Below, piece by piece: positions 17,288 to 25,973 of a stretch of 64,000 bases of DNA. Source of the stretch: an uncultured bacterium. GTDB taxonomy: Bacteria > CSSED10-310 > CAZUFC01. The notes beneath the pieces are model-generated. The model was not told the origin of the DNA. It saw nothing but the letters and a program-made list of their open reading frames with translations, and ran no database searches. Both the position numbers and the translations under genes were made by a program. Numbering within the stretch: position 1 is the first letter of the stretch; each line of letters opens with the position of its first letter. Location of the stretch: positions 38,277 through 102,276 of the forward strand of contig CAZUFC010000010.1 in NCBI GenBank assembly GCA_964619725.1, read 5' to 3'.

Positions 17288-19804
17288 GTGCGAGCAATGG
17301 CGAGTAACGGTCAAACAGAGAAAAAAAATTCACTTACGGTCAGAGTCGTCGTTTCAGTTCCGTTATGGCAGCCCTTGAATTATTCGGTTCCCGAAGAGAT
17401 GAGAAGCAAGGTCAAAATAGGTCAAAGGGCTTTAGTGCCTTTGAATAAAAGGAACGTAACGGGAATCATCGTTGATGTGATCTCACGGGATCGCTGTGAA
17501 ACGGAAATCAAAAAAATGAAGCTTGAACCGATAGGTGAAATACTGGATGAGCAGCCTGCTGCCGACAGACGCTTAATCAAGTTAACAAAATGGATGACCG
17601 AATATTACGTGAACAGATGGGAGCGGAACCTGCAACTCTGCCTGCCCAGGGGCAATGAAAAGTTAATCATAAAAAAAATTACCGCAACGGAGAAACTGAA
17701 GGGAAGCACATTTAAAAAATCCCAGGATTACAAAAAATTGAATCCGGCGCAAAAGCAAATCATCGATTATCTGATATCGTTCGGCAGCACAAACATAAAA
17801 ATTATTGACGAAAAATTCGGGAAAAAAAATTGGGGCTCGATTTTACAATCTCTTGAAAAGAGGGGTTACGTTCGACTTTCCTGGAGTTTGAAAAGCAATC
17901 AAGATTTGGAAAAGCTGAATACTTTCGTTAAGATAAATGACAAACTGGATGCAAGCGGCTCCATTGATTTGAACCTATCGACCAAGATGTGGAACATACT
18001 GGAGTTTTTGGAAAAGCTTGGCGGTGAAGCGCCTGTGTCCACCCTTAGCAGAGAATTCAAAAACGTCTACAGCACGATCAACCGTTTGGCGAATAAAGGA
18101 TTGATTGTAAAAGAGAAACGTAGAATCTTCCGAAGGCCGGCGCTTCCATCGCAATCGCTTTTAAAAACGCTGGGCAAGGAACTTCTTGTGGAACAGCAAG
18201 CAGCATATGCTGCAATAAAAAGGGAGCTGGTTTCAGATAAGTATTCGTCGTTTCTGCTTTTTGGAGTAACGGGAAGCGGAAAGACGGAAATATATTTACA
18301 GGTTATCTCTGAGGTTCTGAGGCAAAACCGGCAGGCTCTTGTCCTTGTTCCTGAAATAGCGTTGACGCCTCAAATAATCAGGCGATTCACAGGTCGTTTC
18401 GGAAGCCGGATAGCCGTCATTCACAGTCGTTTGTCACGAGGTGAAAAATACGATGAATGGGAGCGAATACGGAAAGGCGAAGCGGATATAGTCATCGGCG
18501 CTCGCTCTGCTTTATTTGCTCCGCTGCGTAATCCAGGCATCATTATTGTGGATGAGGAACAGGACAGGTCCTACAAGCAGAATTCGGAACCCCGGTATAA
18601 CGCGAGGGACCTGGCGGTGATGAGAGCCTATCAGAATCGCTGTTGCGTGTTACTGGGCTCGGCCACTCCGTCGGTTGAAAGCTATTACAACGGACTGACC
18701 GGAAAATATACGATGTTGAAGCTGGAAAAGCGAGTGAACGAACGTCCTCTGCCGGACATCCGTATAATTGACATGAACAAGAGTCTCAAGAAAAGCAAAA
18801 AACAGCGCTCCAGCCTGTCCCAAGAAATGAAAGCGGCCATGATGAAAACTCTGGAACAAAAAGGGCAGATCATTTTACTTCTCAACCGCAGAGGTTATTC
18901 AACTCATATCTATTGCCGGCATTGCCGGGAAGGCATCTCATGCCCTCATTGCTCCGTCTCTATGGTTTATCATTCAAATGAAAACAAAATAATGTGCCAT
19001 CATTGCCTTTATACTTCACCTGCTCCGACTAAATGCCCTCGCTGCAGCGAAGAATTGCTCGAATACCGGGGAATGGGGATTCAAAAGCTGGAACAAGAAT
19101 TAAATGAACTGTTTCCTTCTAATACGGTCCTGCGCATGGACAGGGACACAGTAACATCTAAGAATGCTTACAGCGATATCCTTGATGAATTTCGACACGG
19201 AAAAGCCGATATACTCATCGGAACCCAGATGGTTGCCAAAGGACATGATTTCGCCGGCGTCCTGCTCGTGGGAATTTTAGACGCAGACATCGGTCTAGGC
19301 ATTCCAAACTTCAGGTCCGCTGAACAACTCTTCGCTCTTCTCACTCAAACCGCCGGTAGAACGGGTCGCGGAGATAGACCCGGCAGATGCCTCATCCAAA
19401 CCCTTTGCCCGGATCATTATTCCGTTCAATTTGCTCAAAAACATGATTATAAAGGTTTCTACGATGCAGAGCTCTCTCTCAGAAAAAAATTGCACATGCC
19501 ACCCTTCTCTTCACTCACGCTTATCAGACTGCAAAGTTCAAATAGAAAACTGGTACATCATACCGCCTACGATCTCAAATCAGAACTCCAGAAACACTCT
19601 ACAAACCTCGCTGCGCTCTTCGGGCCTGCACCGGCGCCCGTTTTTAAATTAAAGGACGATTATCGCTGGCAGTTCCTCATTAAAACAGCCTCACGAAAAA
19701 TGATGACGTCTTATTTGCATGCAATCCAGCCTCTCCTTCGAAAATTAGACAAAAAAAGAAACATCAAATTGGTGATTGATCGCGATCCGATGGAAGTCTT
19801 TTAA
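17288..19804 (+). CDS. priA: Primosomal protein N' (replication restart helicase)
   Basis: GVTGSGKTE; LVPEIALTPQ; GARSALFAP; DEEQD.SYKQ; GSATPS; Zn motifs C..C...CPHC/CHHC...CP.C; GTQMVAKGHDF; Q.AGR.GR. Confidence 0.97.
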   Translation: MRAMASNGQTEKKNSLTVRVVVSVPLWQPLNYSVPEEMRSKVKIGQRALVPLNKRNVTGIIVDVISRDRCETEIKKMKLEPIGEILDEQPAADRRLIKLTKWMTEYYVNRWERNLQLCLPRGNEKLIIKKITATEKLKGSTFKKSQDYKKLNPAQKQIIDYLISFGSTNIKIIDEKFGKKNWGSILQSLEKRGYVRLSWSLKSNQDLEKLNTFVKINDKLDASGSIDLNLSTKMWNILEFLEKLGGEAPVSTLSREFKNVYSTINRLANKGLIVKEKRRIFRRPALPSQSLLKTLGKELLVEQQAAYAAIKRELVSDKYSSFLLFGVTGSGKTEIYLQVISEVLRQNRQALVLVPEIALTPQIIRRFTGRFGSRIAVIHSRLSRGEKYDEWERIRKGEADIVIGARSALFAPLRNPGIIIVDEEQDRSYKQNSEPRYNARDLAVMRAYQNRCCVLLGSATPSVESYYNGLTGKYTMLKLEKRVNERPLPDIRIIDMNKSLKKSKKQRSSLSQEMKAAMMKTLEQKGQIILLLNRRGYSTHIYCRHCREGISCPHCSVSMVYHSNENKIMCHHCLYTSPAPTKCPRCSEELLEYRGMGIQKLEQELNELFPSNTVLRMDRDTVTSKNAYSDILDEFRHGKADILIGTQMVAKGHDFAGVLLVGILDADIGLGIPNFRSAEQLFALLTQTAGRTGRGDRPGRCLIQTLCPDHYSVQFAQKHDYKGFYDAELSLRKKLHMPPFSSLTLIRLQSSNRKLVHHTAYDLKSELQKHSTNLAALFGPAPAPVFKLKDDYRWQFLIKTASRKMMTSYLHAIQPLLRKLDKKRNIKLVIDRDPMEVF

Positions 19805-19943
19805 ACGGAGTATGGCAATCAATGAAAAAATCGGAATGGATCACAGGGGTAATGCACTATTTGAGAAATGTTCTTCTCTTATAAGTGATATCCGAGGCAG
19901 CCGCAGCCTGACGAAGCAGTAGAGAAAATTCACCCTTTATGGA

Positions 19944-20336
19944 TTATTTCCCGTCTTCATTTCGCCATCTCTCAAGCTTCTCAAAGGAAGCATCCACGAC
20001 TTTTGCCAGTACATCCAGTGAAACCGGTTTTGTAAAATAATCGTCAAAACCCGCTTCACGACAATCAGAAAGCTCGAAAAGAGATGCATATCCGGTAACG
20101 GCAACAGTAACGGCTAGCGGAAAATCTTTTCTGATTAACCGGCATAACTCAATCCCGTTCTTTCCAGGCAACCTCAAATCAAGGACAAAAACCCAAAATT
20201 TTTCCTTCTTCAGTATCTCCAGAGCCTCCTCTGCGCTTGCCGCAGCTTTTACTTTATAACCCGCCCTGGTGAGTCCCAGTGTGAAAGTGTCCCGGATTAC
20301 GTCTTCATCCTCAACGATCATTATTTTCCTGTTCAT
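19944..20336 (-). CDS. Single-domain response regulator
   Basis: IVEDE; VLDLRLPGKNG (phosphoacceptor Asp); TG; KP. Confidence 0.9.
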   Translation of the reverse strand: MNRKIMIVEDEDVIRDTFTLGLTRAGYKVKAAASAEEALEILKKEKFWVFVLDLRLPGKNGIELCRLIRKDFPLAVTVAVTGYASLFELSDCREAGFDDYFTKPVSLDVLAKVVDASFEKLERWRNEDGK

Positions 20337-20339
20337 GTT

Positions 20340-21050
20340 TCACATTCCTTCCCTTTTATATTGCACAACGTCCGCTTCATCGCTCGCTCCATTTGCTGAT
20401 GCTTTGTCGATATCTATAATATGACTTCTGTCATCCAAATATTTTTTCCTCTCATATCGAGTTATTCTCATGAGCTTGCTGGTTATATTTCCCAATCGAT
20501 CAGTCTGCTGTTTAATTTTCTGAATAATTCTATAATGAGGATCATCTTCACGCATATCAGACATCAATAATTCCGAATATCCCGAAATGCCCTGCAGCGG
20601 TTGATTCATCTCGTGGCAAACAGCTCCCGCCATTTCCAGCGCTCCCTGTAATTTTTCTTTCACGCTCAGCTTCTCCTGAAGTTCGACGATTCGCCGGCCT
20701 ACTGCTATTCGCGCCCGAAATTCATCCTTGTCGAAAGGTTTAGACACATAGTCGTCAGCCCCCGCTTCCAATCCCTCTATGATATCCTCCCGCTTGTCGC
20801 GGGCCGTCAGCAATATCACATACTTAGCATTATTCCCTTCCTCGCTTTTTAATTTCCGGCATATATCAACCCCGTCCATCCCGGGCATCATCCAGTCCAA
20901 TACCGCTATCCTGGGTGAAGCATTCTCCTGCAATATTTCCCAGGCTTCTTTGCCGTCAGTCGCTGTTACCACTTCATATCCCCATTTCTCAAGAGATGCA
21001 CTCAATATCATTCTGGATGTCGCTTCATCCTCCGCTATTAATACGCGCAT
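20340..21050 (-). CDS. Response regulator with C-terminal HisKA-like helix and no ATPase domain
   Basis: REC (LIAEDE, LDWMMPGMDG, GADDYVSKP) then GAVCHEMNQPL H-box; start set at MRVLIAE. Confidence 0.85.
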   Translation of the reverse strand: MRVLIAEDEATSRMILSASLEKWGYEVVTATDGKEAWEILQENASPRIAVLDWMMPGMDGVDICRKLKSEEGNNAKYVILLTARDKREDIIEGLEAGADDYVSKPFDKDEFRARIAVGRRIVELQEKLSVKEKLQGALEMAGAVCHEMNQPLQGISGYSELLMSDMREDDPHYRIIQKIKQQTDRLGNITSKLMRITRYERKKYLDDRSHIIDIDKASANGASDEADVVQYKREGM

Positions 21051-21432
21051 TCTTTTCACTCCTCTCCCTTCTCTCCTTGATCCTTCGGAAAACGACACAT
21101 CAGGCTTTCCATGCCTATTTTCGGAACCGCCCGAACTTTGACCATGGCAGGTCGGCCGGCCTTCTTCGCTTTTCATCACTCAACCCCTCAATGAAAATGA
21201 CGCTGACATAATTGTTCCGTCAAACTTTATCAGCGCAATTTTTGAATTTTGATTGTGCCCATCCGACTGAAATACAGCCTGCAGATGCGCCGACAAGTTA
21301 AAATATACGAAAGCAGCGCAGAAAGTCAAAAATTATAGATATTATCGGCAATTCTTGCAATTTAAGCTATCTGTTTGTAATATGTCTGATTTATGGGGTC
21401 GTCATTGTTATGGGGGGGAGCGATAATTATTT

Positions 21433-21924
21433 TCAGGAATCATTATTGGAGAATTCAGCCATTTGATTCATAGCCATAAAAACGGCATCGAGATATGGTT
21501 CGCATTTTGAGCGTTTTTGTTTAATGGTTTTGAGGGCATCAGAAATAGGCATTTTTTCAATGAAGACGAAATATGCGAGGACGACGAGGGGCGAGCGATT
21601 AATGCCTGCGGTGCAGTGAACGTAGACCCGGTGTCCCTGGTCCAGGAGCTTTTTAAGTTGCATAACGGCCTGGGGAAGAGCGGAGGCCTGACTTCTGGGA
21701 TCGAAATCTCTCATAGGGACGGATATTTTTATTAAATTGAGTTGTTCCGCTTTAAGATTCAGGGAGCGGACATTGATTTGATAACATTTGAGATCGTGAT
21801 CATCCTGTAAGGAAAGTACTGCCGTGGCGTTGGTATGAATGACGATGTCGTCAAGGTCATCGTCTGTAAACGGACATGAGCCGATGATGATCTGTTCGTT
21901 AATTTGATCACAATCGAAATTCAT
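21433..21924 (-). CDS. Dual-specificity phosphatase, SEX4/LSF2/laforin-like
   Basis: VYVHCTAGINRS (HCx5R); RDFDP acid loop; AVLSLQ; start set at MNFDCD after GGAGGG. Confidence 0.85.
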   Translation of the reverse strand: MNFDCDQINEQIIIGSCPFTDDDLDDIVIHTNATAVLSLQDDHDLKCYQINVRSLNLKAEQLNLIKISVPMRDFDPRSQASALPQAVMQLKKLLDQGHRVYVHCTAGINRSPLVVLAYFVFIEKMPISDALKTIKQKRSKCEPYLDAVFMAMNQMAEFSNNDS

Positions 21925-22093
21925 ATCACCCTCCCTCTTTTCTCCTCGAAAAATATACATGAGCTGAAAGTGTGATTCAAGGGAAAGCGGTTATTTTCCT
22001 GGGAAAATATTGACAAGAAGGGAGATATGTTATTATTTGTAATATTGCGGTCATTTCAGCGGCCGTGGATAGACATTTCAGACAGGGGAAAGG

Positions 22094-24889
22094 ATGTTAG
22101 ACTATTTCAAAAAAGCAAAAGGGCGTTATATACAGTTGATGCAGCAGACGACAAGACCTCTGACGCTTGAGGAAAAAGAGGAGGTCATGAGGAGCATCGA
22201 CAATGCGGCCCGTTTTCCGAGTCGAGTGATACTGGAGATGCTTTCGAAGGCTTACACGATAAAAGATGCCCGGATAAAGGCCGACAAGATCAAGCTTATT
22301 GAAGATATATTCGAGCTTTATCCTGTTCAGGGATTGATACAGCATCTGGCGGATTTGCTCGACAAGCCGATTGATGTAGTAACTAAGAGCACTGTCCACA
22401 AATTGATAAGCCGTTTAGCGAATGCGGAAGAGCTTCAATCTCTTACGCTGCTGTTAAAGTCCCGTGATCCTGAGAATCGCACACTAGGGGCGTCGATACT
22501 GAATCAATATGCTGGAGAGGAAGTCTGTCGGATATTGAAGAATGAATTAAAAAAGGACGACTGGCGTAACAAATCCGAAGCATTAGATTTATTGTTTGAA
22601 TTTGGGGACGAGGATATCGTTGAATTTTGCGAAGCAATTTTGAAGACGGGAAAGGAGCCTGAAAAGCGAAACGTCGTAGGCATATTAACCCGAATAGGAA
22701 CGACTGAAGCGGTGGAGTTGCTGTCTGAAGCGATTCCACACTCATCATTGCGATTACGCACGATAATAGCACAAGCTCTGACAGAGATAGGAACGACGGA
22801 CACGGTAGAAGCATTGATCAAGTTATTGAACGACGATAAGGCGGTGGTAGTTTCGAGCGTGCTGCAGGGATTAACGCGCATAAACGACTCTCGGGTCATC
22901 GAAGCCATAAGCGAGGCGTTATCGCACAGGGAATTTTCTGTTCAGCTTCAGGCGATTGAGACATTAGGGCGCCTTGGTGATGAGAAGCAGGTACCGATTT
23001 TGATCAACAGGTTGAAGGATGAGGATTTTCGGATACGCCAGGCTGCCACTGAATCTCTTTATCAGATAGCCTTCAAGGAGGAGACGAATTTATCGAAGTT
23101 ACTGCTTGAATTAATGGTGGACAATGAGGTGAACGTTCGTCGTTGCGTTGCGGAATTGTTAAGGAAGATTCAGGATGAGAGTTTATTTGACGAATTATTT
23201 GAATTTTTAAAGGACGAGGACTGGTGGGTAAGGGAAGCGATAGCGGAAACGCTTTCGAAGGTAAAAGACAATCGTGTAGTTCCTTCAGCGATAAAGCTTT
23301 TAGAGTCGGACGATGAAATATTCAGACGTTACGGCATCGAGATATTGATAGGGATCAAGGACCGTCGAGCCGTCAAACCGATATTGAAGCTGCTTAATGA
23401 TCCTGACTGGTGGGTAAGGGAACGTGCTGTCGAGGCGTTAGGATTTTTAGGCAATGTAAAGATCGTGCCGTTATTGATCAATCTTCTGAAAATACCGGAA
23501 CTAAGGTATGTAGCGACAAAATCTCTGGGGCAGATCGGCGATAAGCGAGCCGTCAGCCCCTTGCTGGATATCATCAACGATTCTGCGAGCGAAATTCAGA
23601 AGGTTATACTGGAGGCGTTGTCTGAATTGAATGCCGTTGAAGCGGCGGAAGATATCAAGGGTATGCTGATAAGTCCTGAAAGGGAAGTGCGTCTGAAAGC
23701 AAAAGATGTGTTGAATTATTTAAACATTGACCTCGGCGCTGACGTCGAAGTTTCTGACGCCTGGTGGGAAAAGCGAAAGATGGGACTTCTCGACGTACTT
23801 CTTCTTGAAACGAAAAAAGCAGGCGGAGCGGATTTAACATTAGTAACGGGATTACGGCCTTTTATGCGAGTAGACGGCGAGCTGTTCGAGATGAAGCGCA
23901 ATGCTTTAACGGAGGATCAGATTTTCAGATTAATCCGTCCGGCTCTCAGTCACGAGCAGGAGCAGGCATTGAATGATTCGCTCGATGTGGATTTTTCCTA
24001 CGAGATAACCGGAGAGGGCCGATTCAGGGGTAACATATGTAAAGAGCGCAACGGATTAAATGTTTCCATGCGTTTAATTCCAGACAAGGTCCCGGCGCTT
24101 GAGGAATTGAAAGTGCCTGAGATCATCAGCGGTTTCGGAAAGAAGCGTAAAGGGCTGATAATTTTCAGCGGACCTCCGGCATGCGGGAAAACGACGACGA
24201 TGGCTTCAATGATAAATCAGGTCAATCACAATCGTAATCTTAACATAATAACGATTGAGGACCCCATAGAATATTTATTCGAAAACGCTAATTCGGTGAT
24301 TACCCAGAGGGAGATCGGTTCGCATGCGATTTCCTTTACCTCAGCTATTGATGCTGCACTTCGAGAGGACCCTGACGTGATCATGGTCGGCGAAATGAGA
24401 GATTCTGAAACGATACGCATGACATTGGCTGCAGCCGAAACAGGGCATTTGGTTTTCGCAACGTTAAACTCGGTAAGCGCGCCCCAGGCGATAGAGAGAA
24501 TCATCGATTATTTTCCAACGAAAAACCAGGATCAAATTCGTCTTATGCTTGCCGACAATTTATGGGCCGTCGTATCTCAGCAGCTTTTATCCCGCAAAGA
24601 CGGAAGCGGCAGGCATCCGGCATTCGAAATTCTTATGATCAACCAGGCGATAAGAAATCTTATTCGTGAAGACAAATTGTTCCAGGTACCCAGCCATATG
24701 ACCACAAATCGAAGCATTGGAATGACCACGATGGACCATAGCCTGGCGAATCTCGTAAGGCAGGGGATTGTGTCTGCCGAGGAAGCCTATATCAAGGCAT
24801 TTGATAAGGATATTTTCCGACAGTACGTGGAAATCGAAAAGAAATCAGGAAACCGGTCATGGCAAGAATCGACACCTTCCTCAAATTAG
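22094..24889 (+). CDS. HEAT/PBS-lyase repeat array fused to a PilT-family ATPase
   Basis: About 550 aa of LL.D.DW.VR..A.E.L repeats; GPPACGKTTT; TIEDPIEY; QREIG; ALREDPDVIMVGEMRD; AIRNLIRE. Confidence 0.9.
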   Translation: MLDYFKKAKGRYIQLMQQTTRPLTLEEKEEVMRSIDNAARFPSRVILEMLSKAYTIKDARIKADKIKLIEDIFELYPVQGLIQHLADLLDKPIDVVTKSTVHKLISRLANAEELQSLTLLLKSRDPENRTLGASILNQYAGEEVCRILKNELKKDDWRNKSEALDLLFEFGDEDIVEFCEAILKTGKEPEKRNVVGILTRIGTTEAVELLSEAIPHSSLRLRTIIAQALTEIGTTDTVEALIKLLNDDKAVVVSSVLQGLTRINDSRVIEAISEALSHREFSVQLQAIETLGRLGDEKQVPILINRLKDEDFRIRQAATESLYQIAFKEETNLSKLLLELMVDNEVNVRRCVAELLRKIQDESLFDELFEFLKDEDWWVREAIAETLSKVKDNRVVPSAIKLLESDDEIFRRYGIEILIGIKDRRAVKPILKLLNDPDWWVRERAVEALGFLGNVKIVPLLINLLKIPELRYVATKSLGQIGDKRAVSPLLDIINDSASEIQKVILEALSELNAVEAAEDIKGMLISPEREVRLKAKDVLNYLNIDLGADVEVSDAWWEKRKMGLLDVLLLETKKAGGADLTLVTGLRPFMRVDGELFEMKRNALTEDQIFRLIRPALSHEQEQALNDSLDVDFSYEITGEGRFRGNICKERNGLNVSMRLIPDKVPALEELKVPEIISGFGKKRKGLIIFSGPPACGKTTTMASMINQVNHNRNLNIITIEDPIEYLFENANSVITQREIGSHAISFTSAIDAALREDPDVIMVGEMRDSETIRMTLAAAETGHLVFATLNSVSAPQAIERIIDYFPTKNQDQIRLMLADNLWAVVSQQLLSRKDGSGRHPAFEILMINQAIRNLIREDKLFQVPSHMTTNRSIGMTTMDHSLANLVRQGIVSAEEAYIKAFDKDIFRQYVEIEKKSGNRSWQESTPSSN

Positions 24890-25932
24890 CCGCCGAACAG
24901 AAGGCTTCTGATTTTCATCTTATCGCGGGATCGCCGCCCATGATTCGAGTAAACGGCGACCTTTTTCATTTGAAATTTCGTCAAATTTCTCAATCTGATT
25001 GCAATAATTTTATCGAAGAAATTCTGACGAGCGACTTAAAGAAAAAACTGGAAGAGAAATTTGAGATCGATTTCAGTTATACCGTTAAAGGCGCATCCAG
25101 ATTCCGGGTCAATGTTTTCACTCATAAGGACGGTTTAAGCGCCGTATTCAGGATTATTCCCGATCGGATTTCCACTCTGCAGGAATTAAACTTACCCCAT
25201 TCCATTAAAGAATTCGCGAATTTCGAGAAAGGACTCATTCTGATCACAGGTCCGACTGGCTGCGGAAAGTCAACGACCTTGGCGGCCATCATCGACATCA
25301 TTAACTCGGAAAAAAGGCGTCACATATTGACTATTGAAGAACCAATAGAATTTATCCACAAAAAGAAAAAATCTCTCGTATCCCAAAGAGAAGTAGGACT
25401 TCATACGCCGAATTTTGAAACGGCCCTGAGGTCTGCTGCCAGAGGCGCGGCAGACGTAATACTTGTAGGAGAAATGCGGAACCCGGAGACTATTTCGCTC
25501 AGCTTGACATGCGCTGAAACAGGCTCATTAATATTAGGCACTCTCCATACAGACTCCACAGCCAGCGCCATTTCAAGACTGATCGATTCATTTCCGCCGG
25601 ATAGACAATCTCAGGTAAGAGCCATGCTGGCCATGTCGCTCAAAGGCGTCATCGCTCAACAATTGGTAAAGAAAAGCGGCGGCAGGATGCGCCTCCCAGC
25701 GGTTGAAGTCCTGTTCGGTTCGTCTGCTCTGGCTAACGTCATCAGAGAGGGAAAACTGCACCAGATCGCTTCACAGCTTGAAACTGCCGGCTCATCTAAA
25801 AACAAAATGATCTCAATGGATCAAAGCCTTCTCAGGTATGTTAAGCAAAAACAGATTTCACCTGAAACAGCTCTCTATCATGCATACAACCGCCCCAGGA
25901 TGAAGAAAATTCTGGAAGCGCTCTCCATCTGA
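24859..25932 (+). CDS. pilT: Type IV pilus retraction ATPase, PilT family
   Basis: ASDFHL..GSPP.IRVNG; RFRVN; GPTGCGKSTT; TIEEPIEF; QREVG; VGEMR; TLHT; 31-nt overlap with the upstream gene. Confidence 0.88.
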   Translation: MARIDTFLKLAAEQKASDFHLIAGSPPMIRVNGDLFHLKFRQISQSDCNNFIEEILTSDLKKKLEEKFEIDFSYTVKGASRFRVNVFTHKDGLSAVFRIIPDRISTLQELNLPHSIKEFANFEKGLILITGPTGCGKSTTLAAIIDIINSEKRRHILTIEEPIEFIHKKKKSLVSQREVGLHTPNFETALRSAARGAADVILVGEMRNPETISLSLTCAETGSLILGTLHTDSTASAISRLIDSFPPDRQSQVRAMLAMSLKGVIAQQLVKKSGGRMRLPAVEVLFGSSALANVIREGKLHQIASQLETAGSSKNKMISMDQSLLRYVKQKQISPETALYHAYNRPRMKKILEALSI

Positions 25933-25973
25933 ATCATATCTTTCCATAAGCCGAAGAGACAGGTTGTTCTTTT

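Noticed and set aside
22010-22036. Sigma-70 promoter TTGACA...TATTAT before the HEAT-PilT gene
   Set aside because: Spacer is only 15 nt; plausible but too weak to call.
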